The notes under the pieces: model-generated
Seen by the model: only the letters and a program-made list of their open reading frames with translations
Databases searched by the model: none
What the model was told of the DNA's origin: nothing
Shown here: piece after piece, positions 24,861 through 38,790 of the stretch
Position numbering within the stretch: the stretch's first letter is position 1
Layout: each line of letters begins with the position of its first letter
Made by a program: the position numbers and the translations under genes
From: Octopus vulgaris
Lineage: Eukaryota
DNA length: 64,000 nt
NCBI GenBank assembly: GCA_951406725.2
Contig: OX597816.1
Location: 87,606,001-87,670,000, forward strand
Direction: 5' to 3'

Positions 24861-27429
24861 ACATTATTTATTCAAAACTAAGTCTTTGAGAGTTTCTAGT
24901 CAGTGTCTTGTCCCTAGTCTTCAAGCAACCAGGATAAAAAAAAAAAAAAAAAGCTTCCATTTGCAACTCATGCAAACTCAATTTCGAATGTATTATCTTA
25001 TAATAGCCATCTGCTGATAAGACATGCTTTGCATGTCTTATTAGGAGTTACTTCCTTCCTTTGTACGTTGTAAAAAAATTGCCTTGCATTTATGTTTGTT
25101 GTTCTTCCAGCTGTTTTACAGAGTGGAATAAATGCATTTTAGTGTAGCATAAGCACTAAAGATCTTTTCATGTTTGCAACATGACGGAACAAAAAGTTGT
25201 ACTCTTAACCTACACCTAGAGTTCATTTACTAAGTACTTTACTGATTCTTGGGGGTGCATTATATTGTGGCACCAGCAATAGATGGGTTGTCGTGTTCTC
25301 AGTAAAACAGGACTAAAGCTTTCTCTTGAGCCAATGTTTATTCTGCTTATTAGCCAACCACTTTACATAGTGGTTGGAAAATAATAGTGGGTGTATGCAT
25401 GTGCATGCATGTTTGTGTGGTGTATCTGTGTGTACACACACATAAACGCACACATCCATTGACAGACATCAAGTTCTGAATGATTTGGCTTTTGAACATC
25501 TATTGTTGTGAACCAATCTCCATGAAGCCTGTTATATTAAAAATTTGAGTTACATAAATTAATTGATAATAACGAAGGAACAGGTGGACTAATTTGTGAT
25601 TCACATCAAACCCTTGTGCATTTTCAGTAGTTTGCCGCTTCAAGGAAGTACAATGTCAAGCTGTCACCATTTTGTATTGAATCACATAAAGACTGTGTTG
25701 TTGTTGTTGTTGTTTAGTTTTAAATTTTATTGTCTGTGCTTCCACAATCCTCTAATGTGTCAGTCTAATGCAAATTATGATGATGATGATGATGATGCAT
25801 CTAAGAGACAGGAAAATATGACATCTGAAATTAAATTGTTAATTATACAAAACATGATAATACAGTGTTGACGAAATCATTTGAAGCATCTTCAAGAAAA
25901 ATGCCTTGCAGTATTTGTGGTGATAGCTGTTTGCATTCTGTTTTCAAAGCCCACTGAGTTCAGCTTCCCTCCAGAGTATATGTGTGTATATATGCTCATG
26001 TAGTTATATACATACATACACATACACACACACACACACTTACAGACAGACAGATGAGATTTCTTTCAACTTCCACTTATTAAATACACTCACTAGGTTT
26101 TGGTTGGCTATAGTACAAAACATTTTCTCAAGGTGTTGCATAGTAGGACTGAATCTGAAGTTGGAAAGTGGAATTGTTAACCATATGGCTACACACACAC
26201 ACACATGAATGCAAGTGTGTGTGTGTGTGTATGTAGTCGTGGCCGATGACAGTGTCAGGTCAATGGCATGTAAAAAGCACCTGCTCCACTCTCGGAGTGG
26301 TTGGCATTAGGAAGGGCATCCAACTCCAGAAACCTTGCCAAATTAGATTGGAACCTGGTGCAGCTCCCCGGCTTACCCGTTTTTAGTCAAACCATCCAAC
26401 CCATGTCAGCATGGGATGCGGGTATTAAATAATGATGATGATATGATATATATATATATATATCCTCATCATTGTTTAATGTTCATTATCCATACAGGCA
26501 TACACATATATATCTCTGACTGCTAGACTTTCAGCATTTGTAATAACTGTTGCAGCAATTCATATGTAAATATCCCTAAACACACACACACACACACACA
26601 CGCATACATTGGATGTTGAACTTATTAAAGAGATGACAAAGAAACATGAGTGGTAAGATGCAATGTTGAAGAAAGTCTCTCTAACCCATGCAAGCATGAA
26701 AAATTGGATGTAAATTTGATGATGATGATGATGACGACATATATATATATATATACATAGAGACACTTACATGTAACATACAGACATAAAATCATATGTA
26801 CTCACGTATACACACATTTATACACATACGTACACACCTAGATATCTTTCTCAGTATGTGTATGCATGTGTGTCTTTGCATATCCACATGACTCAAATCT
26901 GAATATTCTAAAACATGTTTTACTTGTCTGTTTTCTAACCTAAATACATGTGATATCTAGCAACACATGCAGACATATACAATAGAATGTGTTATACAGC
27001 TAAAACAAAAGCCCATCAGTTCGTAGAGGAAAAGCAATAGATATTCACACTTAAATGCACATGCATATGTACACCATCATCAAATATGCATATATGTAAA
27101 TTAAAACAGAAAACCACAGACTTTCAGCAGTCGTTATAATTGCTACGGCAATTCATATGTAAATAATCCTAATTTAGTAAACCACGCTCTCTATGTTAGA
27201 AAGAAAACAATAAAAAAAACTTTAAAACCTACCAAAAAATACAGATGCCAAATTACATGTGTGTTTGTGTATAGAATGGTGGTATTTAGATTTATTCTTT
27301 ATTGTGGAAATCTAAGAGTGCTTGATACTTTTATATTAATGGCAATGTGTACTTTGCACTGTTGTGTTCCTGTATTTTTTTTTCTGTAACTCTCAAAGAA
27401 TATAGGGTTTTTGCAATTTTTTAAAAATC

Positions 27430-27825
27430 TTTTATTTACTTTGATCATTGAACTGCAGGCATGCTGGAGTGTTTAGTTGATCATATCTACCCCCAGTTTT
27501 TACTTTTTAAGTCTGAGATTTATTCTGTTGGTATTTTAGACAACTGCTAAGCTGCTGGAATGTAATCAAGTCAACTCTTGAGTGGTGAGGATGGAACGCA
27601 GTCATACACACAGACGTGTGTGCGTGTGTTTGTGTTATGTGTAAATATACATACACACACGCAATGGGTTTCAACTTGGTTTCTGTCTACCAAATTTATT
27701 CACAAAGCATTGGTTGGCTTGGAGCTATATATAGTACAAGACACTTACCCAAGGTGGCCCACTGCAGGACTGAACCTGAAACCACATAGTTGTAATGTGA
27801 ACTTTTTAACTACACAGCCATTCCT
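27430..27825 (-). mobile_element. Old, decayed SINE family B
   Basis: Same module order as 30793-31206, including the internal microsatellite. Confidence 0.7.
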
Positions 27826-29613
27826 GACCAAAGTTTATTTGTAAAGTTAAATCATTTTTTTTTTCTCTTTCTATTTATCTTAATTCCTAACAACCCATCT
27901 TTGAAGAGGTTGAGTGATGGTTTTGGGGGAAAATGCAATAAGCAGGTTGATAACATCTTGCCTGTGAGTTATACATTTTCACTGCTTCTGTTAGTAAAGA
28001 CTAGGAATATTGACCATGTGATCAGACCAGATGGTCAGTCAGTATTCAAAGACATTTAATCTCAGTGAAATTATTCCTCATGTTTGTAGAATTATCAAAC
28101 ATATCTATCTGTGTGAATTGAGGTATCAATCTCATACTATGTTTCATCCAGACGTTATCATGATTGAATACCAGTGACCACAATAGCGTGATAAAAGAAC
28201 CATATGTTCATGAATAACTTCCATCGGAACCTTAGTTGTGACGATTTTATGCTGCAGTAAAATACAGCATAATAGAATTGGATATCAAATACTATCTCTG
28301 GCAAAATTGCACGCTGGAATCCAGTGATTCTTTTCATGATTTATTGAGATATGTTGCTGATTAACACCATCAGCACCTAATAACTGCATATGGGGACCAG
28401 GGGTCAACAAGTGATTCACTATGTGGTTAGTCATACTAAGAAAGATAGCTGCTTAATCATTCTCAAATCACATCATATGATTTTGCAATGTAATCTAGTT
28501 CCTGAGAAAGCAAAAGAGAAAAGATGTCCTCTTTGACCATTGGTCTGGTGGGTCAGGGTTGACCAGGGGATTTAATATCAGCAATTTTATAATTGACACC
28601 TTTAACAGTGGTCATTCAGCTTCATTTTATTCAGACCAGACCTTTTTGTTTATTACCCATCCTTATTCTTCCCTTGCAAATGGATATCCTGCAGATGGCC
28701 TAAACTTCTGAAGAAGTTATTAACCAAAATTCAAGAATCTATGGAATATATCTATAATGTATAATGACTGTAGACTAATTTCAGAATAAGGAAGGACACC
28801 CCACTTTTCCCATATAACATTTGAATCATTTTTTTGCGCATGTAAGTTTATCAGTATCAGTCAAGTTTGAGGGTTGATTTAATTGTAGAAGCTATTGTTA
28901 TAACTTATCATTTTTATTATTAAAACCAGGAAAGCAAGCTGGCAGAATAAGTAGCTCGTTGGACAAAAAAATGTTTGGTGGAACTTCTTCCATTTCTTCT
29001 TTATGTTCTGAGTTCAAATCATGCTACAGTCAGCATTGTTTTCTTCTTTCTAGGGTTAATAGAATTAAAGTGCCTGTCAAGTTCTGGGGTTGATGTAAAT
29101 CAAATTTCCCCTCCCCCTTGAAATTACTGTTAATATGTCAAAATTAGAAAGAACTATTTGGAGAAGTGTGTCTGGGAGAAATGGTTTCATCCTGAGACTA
29201 GCTTTGCCTTTAATTCCTCGTTTGCTTGATGAAAGAAACATCAGTCAATTAATATCGATGTTGGTTTGATCGACTGTATCCTCAACCAAAAGTGTCCATC
29301 TTCATGGTTTTGTTTGAAACGACTACTATTTTATTAATGCAAATGGATGGTAGAAATCGTCTGAAACCGTGGTATTTAATTATCTCATTCTGTGTTCTCA
29401 ATTCAAGTATGGCTTTAATTTTTAGCTTCTCTCTTTCTCCCAGCGTCTATAAAATCAATACCAGTCATATATTTCTGATGATTTATCAATTGACTATACC
29501 GCTTCTCACATGTTTTGCCCATGTAATAAATCATTATTATCATTGTTGTTGTTTTTCTTGTTGCTGCTATTGCTACTATTGCTCTAATATATTTCTTTTT
29601 TTCTATTTTTCAG

Positions 29614-29745
29614 GTAAATATCCTCCTTGGAGTTTTTTCATGCCTTTCTGCTACAGTACTGGATAAAAAACACATACACACACACACATACACACACTTT
29701 CATTTACAAATTGCACAAAGTGGCTCTTTGTCATCGCTTTCAGCA
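29614..29745 (+). other. Candidate spliced exon (132 nt), probably UTR or lncRNA
   Basis: Strong polypyrimidine acceptor tttctttttttctatttttcag and donor gca|gtgagt; contains a (CA)n tract. Confidence 0.3.
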
Positions 29746-30792
29746 GTGAGTATTTCGGTTGTTTGCTCAACGGAATTAATTTCTTCATTGAATTACAGTG
29801 TTAATGGATGCGTATATAACAGATATTTGTACCATAAATGTAATCCTGAGGTAGAATCACCGTGATTCAGCATGTAACAAAACTGGCTCTTTGAATTACA
29901 AGTATAATCCATCCAATGGAACCCTCACAGTTTCTGTCTCCCTAATTTTTTTTGCAAGGCATGAGTGAATCCAAAACTTTTGTAGAAACCACTTTGCCTT
30001 CTACCAAAGTTTGTCTCACATTGTAACATTGTTACACAGTGGGATTGAATAATCAACGTAAAGCCTAATCTTTTTCCCTTTTATTATTTTTTTGTAATCA
30101 TTAGACTGTGTCCATGCTGGGGCACCGCTTTCAAGAGTTTAGTCGAACAAATCGGCCCCAGTATTTATTATTTAAGCCTGGTATCTATTCTGTCATTTTA
30201 TGGAGATGTAAACAAATTAATACTGGTTGTTAAGCAGTGTAGGCTTCCACACAGTTTTCATTATTTAACATCCACTTTCCATGCTGGCATGGGTTGGATG
30301 ATTTGACAGGGTTTTACGGGAGGATGCACTAACCCCAGGTCAACCTTGATTGAGTAGACCTATGATCAAAAGCATTCCAACCATGATCATCTAGCTTCTT
30401 TTCAAAAAATAGCATACAATTCACAGATTTATTTATTTTTTGAAGACATATGGGTGTGACAAACTAAGATAGGTTTAGGCTTCATCATTCTCTCTTTTGT
30501 CTGTATTTACAAAATTGTTTGTTATTTGCTTATATATTTAACTCTTTTGATGTCAGCCCACCTGTGGCTGCCCTGGTTCTGTGATGAAACTTTATATTTT
30601 AAAGTGGTAATTAGAAAACGAGATGACAAACAAATAAATAATTATCTAATGAACTGCATTAGCCTACAACTGTTTCTGCTATAAGATACAGTGGACTCAT
30701 AGTTAAGTGCCTGAGTAACACCTTATAGCTTCATCACAGCCTCAAATACGAAGTGCAATTTATTAGCGAAAAGAATTACATTTATGCATATA

Positions 30793-30986
30793 TACTCTTT
30801 TACTTGTTTCAGTCATTTAACTGTGGCCATGCTGGAGCACCGCCTTTAGTCGAGCAAATCGACTCCAGGACTTATTCTTTGTAAGCCTAGTACTTATTCT
30901 ATCGGTCTCTTTTGCCAAACTGCTAAGTTACGGAGGCATAAACACACCAGCATCGGTTGTCAAGCGATATTAGGGGGACAAACACA

Positions 30987-31034
<48 letters not shown>

Positions 31035-31206
31035 CATATATACGACGGGCTTCTTTCAGTTTCCGTCTACCAAATCCACTCACAAGTCTTTGGTCGGCCT
31101 GCGGCTATAGTAGAAGACACTTGCCCAAAGTGCCACATAGTAGGACTGAACCTGGAACCATGTGGTTGGTAAGCAAGCTACTTACCACACAGCCACTCCT
31201 GCACCT
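30793..31206 (-). mobile_element. Full-length young SINE family B (tRNA head, CORE-like segment, internal (CA)n/(TA)n, 3' tail)
   Basis: Minus-strand head aggtgcaggagtggctgtgtggtaag...ggttcagtcc with A/B-box-like motifs, then ttgggcaagtgtcttc; more than 10 copies in the window. Probably one of the described octopus SINE families; exact name not determined. Confidence 0.92.
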
Positions 31207-31868
31207 ACTTGGACAAATATCTTCTAGTATATAAAGATACAGGAAAAAACATTACCAATGAGAAAGCGAGCACATACATAGGATTTTAAAGTCATCTGAA
31301 TTAACCCTTTAACTGCAAAATTGAATTTACCAAAAGCTGGTACTTTCTGCAAGTCACATTGCTTCAATGAACTTGATATATCTCAGGAAAAAAATAATTT
31401 CAAACATCAAACACCTCAACAAAAGATTGATTGGTATACAAAACTGCTCTTTGCCATAAAGAGTAATGAAATTTTGAGTGTATACATTTGATTTCCACAG
31501 TAAAAGCTTTCCATTAAAAATTTAATGTTATTTTATCTTCCAAGCACCAGCTTAATAATAACTTAATTTGCTAAATTCTTTGTTATTTTCATAACTAATT
31601 GAAACAAAGGTGATGAATGTTGTCAAAGCCTTTTGGTAGCCATTGTATGTTGTGCTCAGGCTTTTCTTTCTCTTATATTCTTCAGTTATGGTTTTATTGA
31701 TGAGTAAATGATCTTTATAATATCCCCCCCACTCTTCTAGGTACAGGTTTTGTTAATTTTTTTTTACCCCCAGTTACTTATTCATTCTGTGCTGTGAAAT
31801 TTTTATTATGTAGGAAGGCAGGTTATGGGGGTTTTATGGTTTGCCATTTCTATTCTATTAAGAATTAA

Positions 31869-32091
31869 CCCTTTTGTTATTATATTTCTAATGAAATGCA
31901 CTGCCTTTGTTTCTACTTATTTTGGAAAATAATGGGGAATTTAGTGAAATAATTTTGTCTTTATTAAGCTGGTGTTTACAACAAAAATCAACAGGAAGTT
32001 TTAAGGGAAGTTTTTAATTTAGATCACTTGAAAGCAGGAAGTTTGTATCACAGAATAAGGATTGGTCTCAGGCAGTTTGATACAAAAAGGG
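31869..32091. mobile_element. piggyBac-like MITE related to 21888-22109
   Basis: TTAA-cccttttgtta ... tacaaaaaggg; inverted partial copies at ~30540-30606 and ~31501-31615. Confidence 0.75.
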
Positions 32092-32593
32092 TTGTGATAA
32101 ATTTTCCCCACCAGTGAGTCAAGTCATGTACTGTCTCTGACTTTTTGTCTTCATCATCATCATCATCATCGTCATCGTCATCCTTCCATTTTCCATGCTG
32201 TCATGGAGTGGACGATTTGACTGGAGCTGGTAAGGCCAGAGGCTGTACCAATTTCCATTGTCTGTTCTAGCATGGTTTCTATGGGTGGATGCCCTTATAT
32301 ATCTGCATGACCATGGTCTCTAAAATATTCTAATGAAAAAGTTTGGAATCTTATCGTGTGCCAGTTCTGCCAGTTCCTTCATCTTGGTTGCTTTTCATAC
32401 CATCTGGGCCATTTCTTGTTACAGTTGCTCAGGAAACAGAGCATTGGACAGAATGTTTTATTGCATTCAACATGGTTCTTTCCTGTTTGAGTTCAAATTC
32501 TGCCAAGATCAACTTTGGATTTCATCCCTTTTGGGGGGTCAATATAACAACTTATCAATAAAGTACTGGAGTTGATAGTATTGATTAACCTTA

Positions 32594-32825
32594 AGGCGGC
32601 GAGCTGACAGAATCGTTAGCGGACCGGGCGAAATGCTAAACGGCATTTCGTCTGCATTACGTTCTGAGTTCAAATTCCGCTGAGGTCGACTTTGCCTTTC
32701 ATCCTTTCAGGGTCGATTAAATAAGTACCAGTTATGCACTGGGGTCGATATAATCAACTTAATCTGTTTGTCTGTCTTTGTTTGTCCTCTCTGTGTTTAG
32801 CCCCTTGTGGGTAGTAAAGAAATAG
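32594..32825 (+). mobile_element. Young full-length SINE family A with 16-bp TSD, nested in an older family A copy
   Basis: TSD gtattgattaacctta at 32578-32593 and 32826-32841; B-box-like gagttcaaattcc. The body gtcgactttgcctttcatcctttc..ggtcgat...aagtacc resembles the Nin-type SINE domain (from memory). Confidence 0.95.
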
Positions 32826-35764
32826 GTATTGATTAACCTTATCCCTTCAAATTTTCTGGCCTTGTACCTACATCAGATATTTTTTTTGTATTCTTATCAT
32901 CATCATTATCATTATTATCTGTGGCAGGCCTTGCCCTCCTTACATACATGTGTATGCACATACACACAATCTGTCCTCTGAGAAAACTATCCTCCTGCAA
33001 CCAATCTTCCCAACACACACCCATCCCAACACCCATGATGACTACCCACTGCAGGCCTCCTACTCTCTCTCATGTACCTATGTGCACACTCTCCATGCCC
33101 TCACATATCTACCATACACACCCTCTCTCTCTCACTCTATATTACTCTCTAATTCTATCACTCCTTCCTTTCCTTTTGCACTTGGATAACCAAGTATCTC
33201 ATCTATGTTAAGATACCTGTCTATCCCTCTAGTATACTCAAGCCTCTCACCTGGCACACTGGCACTTCCCTCAGTTTCCATCCCCCTCCCAGCTGAGAGG
33301 TCTTTGTCTCACAAGTTACTTGGTGGCCCTGCTGGTGGTCGCCAGCACTAGTACCACATAGAAAGCACCTAGTACACTCTGTAAAGTGGTCGGCGAGAGG
33401 AAGTGGCATCCAACCATAGAAACCATGCTAAAGCATACAATGGTGCCTGTTGCAGCTCTCTGGCTTGCCAGCTCTTATCAAACAGTTCAGTCCATGTCAT
33501 CATGGAAGACGGATGTTGATGATGATGATGATAACTAAATGCAAGAGTGGCCGTATGTACCACAAACAGTTTCACTATTAACATAATCTTAAGATAGCTT
33601 CAACATGACACAGTGTGAACAAAACTTGGTCTTCATTTCCGTTCATCAACTTAACATCACTGTGAAGGGGTTGTTTTAATCTTTGAAGACACTGGCTCAA
33701 GATGCCCTGGGATTGAAACTGTCACTCCTGTGACTGCAAGTCAAAGTTCTTAACCATGTTGCCATTCATACATGTATACACCCATACATACTCATATTTG
33801 CTTATTCAGAACTGCACCTTTACTCTGTTGCACATGTGTGTGTGTGTGTGTGTATCTATACATATATATATGTAATTATCTATGTGTAGATATTAGCAAA
33901 TATTTACACACATGGAAGTAAACTGAAGTGCTGTGTTATAGAGATACAAATACAAATATGTATGGATGTTAAAACTGTTTTGTGTGTGTGTGTGATGCAC
34001 ATGCTAGCACATATGAAATGTGTGTATGTATATGACTGTATACACATGAATCCTTCCCCACCTGCCCGTGCCACACACAGATACAGACACACCTGTCTGT
34101 CAAGTCTTCTAAGCGGTTCTTATAGATCTTCCCTTATCTTCAACTATGCAGCACAGTTTTGTGTTTTTTTTTTCATTTTACTTTTTTTTTTTTAAATTTG
34201 TTTTTCTTGAAGAATCTCATCACTGTGATCCAGAACATCAACAATAACAAAGAATGCATAGTTAAGAAAATATTTAGTAGAAAAATAAAAGTAAAACTAC
34301 ATTGCCAGAACACACAGCTCACACACACATACATATAAACGCTTGCAAATGCATACACACAGTGAGTATATGTAATTCCTTGTAAAATAAATATATGTGC
34401 ACACATGTGCATGCACAACCATAAACAAATCTTATGTGCACCCACTCCACCAAATGAAAACATATCATGCTCAACATTCTGCATATATGCCTCATGTGCA
34501 CAAGTAAATTTTTACATATTCATGTTCTCAATTACTGAATTACAGGTATAGGTGTGGATGTAAGGACTTTGCTTCCCAATCACATATTCTTGGGTTCAAT
34601 TCCACTTTATGACGTCTTGGGTTACTGTCTCCTACTATAGCCTCAGGTTGACCAAAATCTTGTGAATGAATTTGGTAGGTGGCACATAAAAAGCACCATC
34701 CAAATGTGGTCAATGCCAGTGCCACCTGACAGGCTCCTGTGCCAGTGGCACATAAAAAGCACCCACTACACTCTGAGTGGTTTGCATTCTGAAGGGCATC
34801 CAGCTTACCAGATCAGATTGGAGCCTGGTGCAGCCTCCTGGCTGGCCAGTCCTCAGTCAAACCCTCCAACCCATGCCAAGCATGGAAAGCGAACATTAAA
34901 CGACGATGATGATGATGATGTTGATGCTGATGCCATTGCAACCGAGGTAGACAGGTGCAGCCCTCCCCAACCTTTAGGTGGGCTGGCTGGCTGGCTGGTG
35001 CCCGTATTCCTTTACTTATCATGAGGTATTTTTGGTGATGGATTTTCTCTGGGGAGCATGCCCTTGCTTACCCCCCAACCTCAGTTTCTAGACATGAGTG
35101 GTCCTGAGACCAAGGCCTCTACCATGATTTTTAAGAAATCGGGTGGAAAACTAGCTCAGGAAGGCAGGGATGCTACTCCCTGAGATCTCTTTCAGAGCCC
35201 TCCCCCTACTACACTTGTATATGTTTAATAATTATATACACTCTTGCATGAACAAATATATTGATATATATGTGTGTGTGTGTGTAATATTTATACAGTT
35301 ACACATATGTATTTATTATGCACACTCATGACACAATTACTTGTACATGTTGTTATCTGCACATGTCCGCACATTAATTCTCACACTTTTGCGTTAAAAA
35401 ATAGATGTCTGTCTTTCTTCATACCCTCTCTTTCTCTCTCTCTTTCTTTCTTACATGCACACACACACACGCACACACACAGTTACATGCGCCACCATTT
35501 TCAGTTTACACTCCTTTGCACCAACAAAGAGGCATATATCTTTGTCACACTCTTTCCATAAAGAATTCCATATAATTTTACACACACACACATGCACACA
35601 CATACCCCCATGCATGATGACGCCCACACATAATTAATTTACCCACCCCAGTCTTCCACCAAGAGAACACATGTCTGAGTCTGCTACAATCATTTAACAA
35701 AACAATCATGTTTAGCAGTTACTGCACACCTTTGTGCAACACCTGTACCATCTCCTACTCATTC

Positions 35765-35778
35765 CCTCTCTCTCTCTC

Positions 35779-35871
<93 letters not shown>
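35765..35871. repeat. (CT)n microsatellite, ~105 bp
   Basis: Direct reading. Confidence 0.97.
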
Positions 35872-35875
<4 letters not shown>

Positions 35876-36224
35876 AGATTGTGTAAATAGACATGACTTT
35901 ATACAGATTCTAATTTTGTCGAAGAAGAATACGTCTCTTGATATTCTAGATGTCTCCAAGTTTGCAAACATCATGATCAGCATTGTTATCGTGTCACCGT
36001 CATCTTCTTTGTCATCAACCACTATCTATCTCTGTCAGCATTGCTACCACCACTGCTGTCATCATCAACATCATCAGTTACCACCATCTCCATCACCAAT
36101 GTCATCCATCATCTTCTTCGACATATCGTCATCATCATCATCAATACCATCATTATTGTAAACTGTTATCAATTATTATTGTTAATAGTAATAGTAACAA
36201 GAGGGTGATGTATTGGCTGAAATG

Positions 36225-36780
36225 CTGACTTTAATCTTTCATCCTTTTTGGGGTCAGTAAAATAAGCACCAGTTGAACATGGGTTGATGTAATCGAGTAA
36301 TCCCCTCCTTATTTCTTTATTGCCCACAAGTGGCTAAACATAGCGGGGACAAACAAGGAGAGACAAAGGCATTAAGTCGATTACATCGATCCTAGTGCGT
36401 AACTGGTACTTTATTTATCGACCCCAAAAGGATGAAAGGCAAAGTCGACCTCGGTGGAATTTGAACTCAGAACGTAACGGCAGACGAAAAACTGCTAACG
36501 TTTCTGCCAGCTCACCCTACTAAATCACCCCTCCTACTAAATTTCAGGCCTTGTGCCTTTAGTAGAAAGGATTATTATTATTTGGCAAACTGGCAGAATT
36601 GTTAGCACACTGCCTGAAATGTTTAGTGGTATTTCACCCATCGCTACGTTCTGGGTTTGACTTTACCTTCCATCCTTTCAGGGTCAATAAAATAAGTCCC
36701 AGTTGAAGACTGGGCTTGATGTAATTGACTCCTCTCCTCCCCCAAAGTTGCTGCCCTTGTGGCAAAATCTGAGACCATTA
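36225..36780. mobile_element. Cluster of SINE family A copies: a minus copy (36309-36520) nested in a plus copy, followed by another plus copy
   Basis: Sequence similarity to 32594-32825. Confidence 0.85.
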
Positions 36781-36920
36781 TTACTACTACTACTACTACT
36801 AGTGAGGCTACAGAATAGTTACTGAACCATGCAAAATGTTTTGCAGTATTTCATTTGACTTCATGTTCCAAGATCAAACTTTGCCACGGTCAACTTCACG
36901 TTTCATTCTTCACAGCTTGA

Positions 36921-37063
36921 TAACCCCTTAATTTTGGGGCTTAAAATTTGGAAAAAAGGTTTTGTAAGGGATTATAAAACTATCCATGTATAAGAAATTT
37001 CCCATATTTTTTTAACCTAACTTTTGACAAAAAAGATTTCCTTATACACGTTAAAATATGGTA
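36921..37063. mobile_element. Possible Tc2/pogo-like MITE end
   Basis: Ends cttatacacgttaaaatatgg-TA, resembling Tc2-type TIRs (reverse complement of CCGTAT...); a similar weak end lies at 11520-11544. The partner TIR was not found. Confidence 0.35.
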
Positions 37064-38164
37064 TATACTCTCTTCAGCAGTTCTTGTCCCTATGTCAGTG
37101 TTAGAAATTAATATTATTTCAGTCAACTTGAATTGAAGTATTTAACAACATTTCAATACTTTCTGACAGTAAATCTTGAAGAAGTCACTTTACCATTCAT
37201 ATTTTAGGATCAGTGAAGTCAAATATGGATCTTCAGCTAACTGAATGACTATATGTAACCCACTTCTAATTTATGCTGTTGCACCATAAATTACAGTATC
37301 ATTACAGTACTGTATCACTCTTAGTATTGTCACTCCTAAGTGATATTTAGTGACAATCTTTTACATCCTGAGTTCAAATCCCACCAAATCCTTCTGAAGA
37401 TAGAAAAAGAAAACAGTAAACCTTTAAAAACATTGTATCAGTCAAATACCAGGAAGTACATGATTGACTATTCATCTCTTCCTCCACCATCTGTGTCCTT
37501 ATTTTCTTAATTATCATTTCTCATTAGATACTCTGCATTGAGATTTAAGAGTGATTTTACTTAGAAGGAAACATTTGTAGAGATGTAATTGGTTCAAATA
37601 TAGCACTCCAGCCTCAGTCCCTGTAATGATCACATTCCTTGCCAAGCAGCAAGGCACTGCTATGTACCAGTCTGCAGAATTTCAGTTCAGTTCAGGTGTC
37701 TAATCAACCAGGGATTAATTTATGTCACTGGATGGTCAACACCACCCCTACCACCACTATCATCATTGTCGTCATCATCAATGTCATTAAAGACATGTAA
37801 TCAATCATGTGCTAATTTGTTACTAGGTGGTTATCATCATGATCAAAGACCAACATCATGTAGCTGTTCATGGATTAATTCATGGTACTGGATGACCATC
37901 TTCATCGTTATGATTATGATGGTTATCATAGCCATGTAACCAGTCTTGAATTAGATGACTGGATGATCATCCTAATTATATGGAATATCATCATCATCTT
38001 CTTCATCATGATTCATTTTCCCATACTGCCATATGTTCAACAGGTCTACTTACTGTAAAAGCTTATCTTTGTTCTCACATCCCTAAGTGAAGCTTAGCAA
38101 TTTTAAATGCGTCCTTATAGCATTTTTATCTGTCTTCATCTGCCACAGGACAGTGGTATCTAAT

Positions 38165-38385
38165 ACTAGTTTCAAATTTTGGCACAAGGCCAGCATGTTT
38201 CAGAGGGAGGGGTGAGTCGATTACGTCAACCCCAGTGCTAAACTGGTTCTTATCTTATCAACCCTGAAAGGAATGAGAAGCAAAGTTTACTTTAGCATAA
38301 TTTGAACTCGGAACATACAGAGACGAAATGCTGATAAGCATTTTTGCTCTGCGTGCTAACAATCCTGAAAACTCATCTCCTTAAA
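38165..38385 (-). mobile_element. SINE family A (alternative 3' tail variant)
   Basis: ggcacaaggcc...gtcgatta...cccagtgc...aactgg...tttgaactc; similar copies at 41575-41790, 59565-59975 and 63345-63545. Confidence 0.8.
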
Positions 38386-38404
38386 ATGGTATCTGATATT
38401 GTCT

Positions 38405-38790
38405 GCTTTCTTACTTAAGCCCTTCGCTCCCCAAGGACCACAGGCCATCAATAACTTTCCTCCACTGGTCTCAACTCTGGGCTATCTCTTCCACCTCTCT
38501 TCCTGTGGGAAGATGTAACTTTTCCATCTCCACTCGCTTGAGAAAAGGTCTTCTTATCCTAGGTCTTCGTATTGAATTGTCATCAATGCTTCTGTAACTT
38601 AAATGTTTTTCTAGGTAAGGATTTTGACCCTGTGCAAAATTATTTTTATCTCTGGGAAGTGGTGGGCTGTATTAGCCTGGCCTTTATCTGTTGACTTGTG
38701 CAGCATGAGAGAGCCTTCTAGGAATTTGCATTTCTCTGGCACAGTTATCAGGGTCTGTGGGTCAAACATGCCACCTTATTGTAACAAGAA
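38405..38790 (-). mobile_element. Old bipartite non-autonomous RTE derivative (5'-UTR-like part plus ORF end and taag tail)
   Basis: Minus strand ends EEIAQS*DQWRKVIDGLWSLGSEGLK*-taagtaag, like RTE C-termini (AQDR..WR..V.GLCS); a different RTE family from 2604-3839. Confidence 0.5.
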
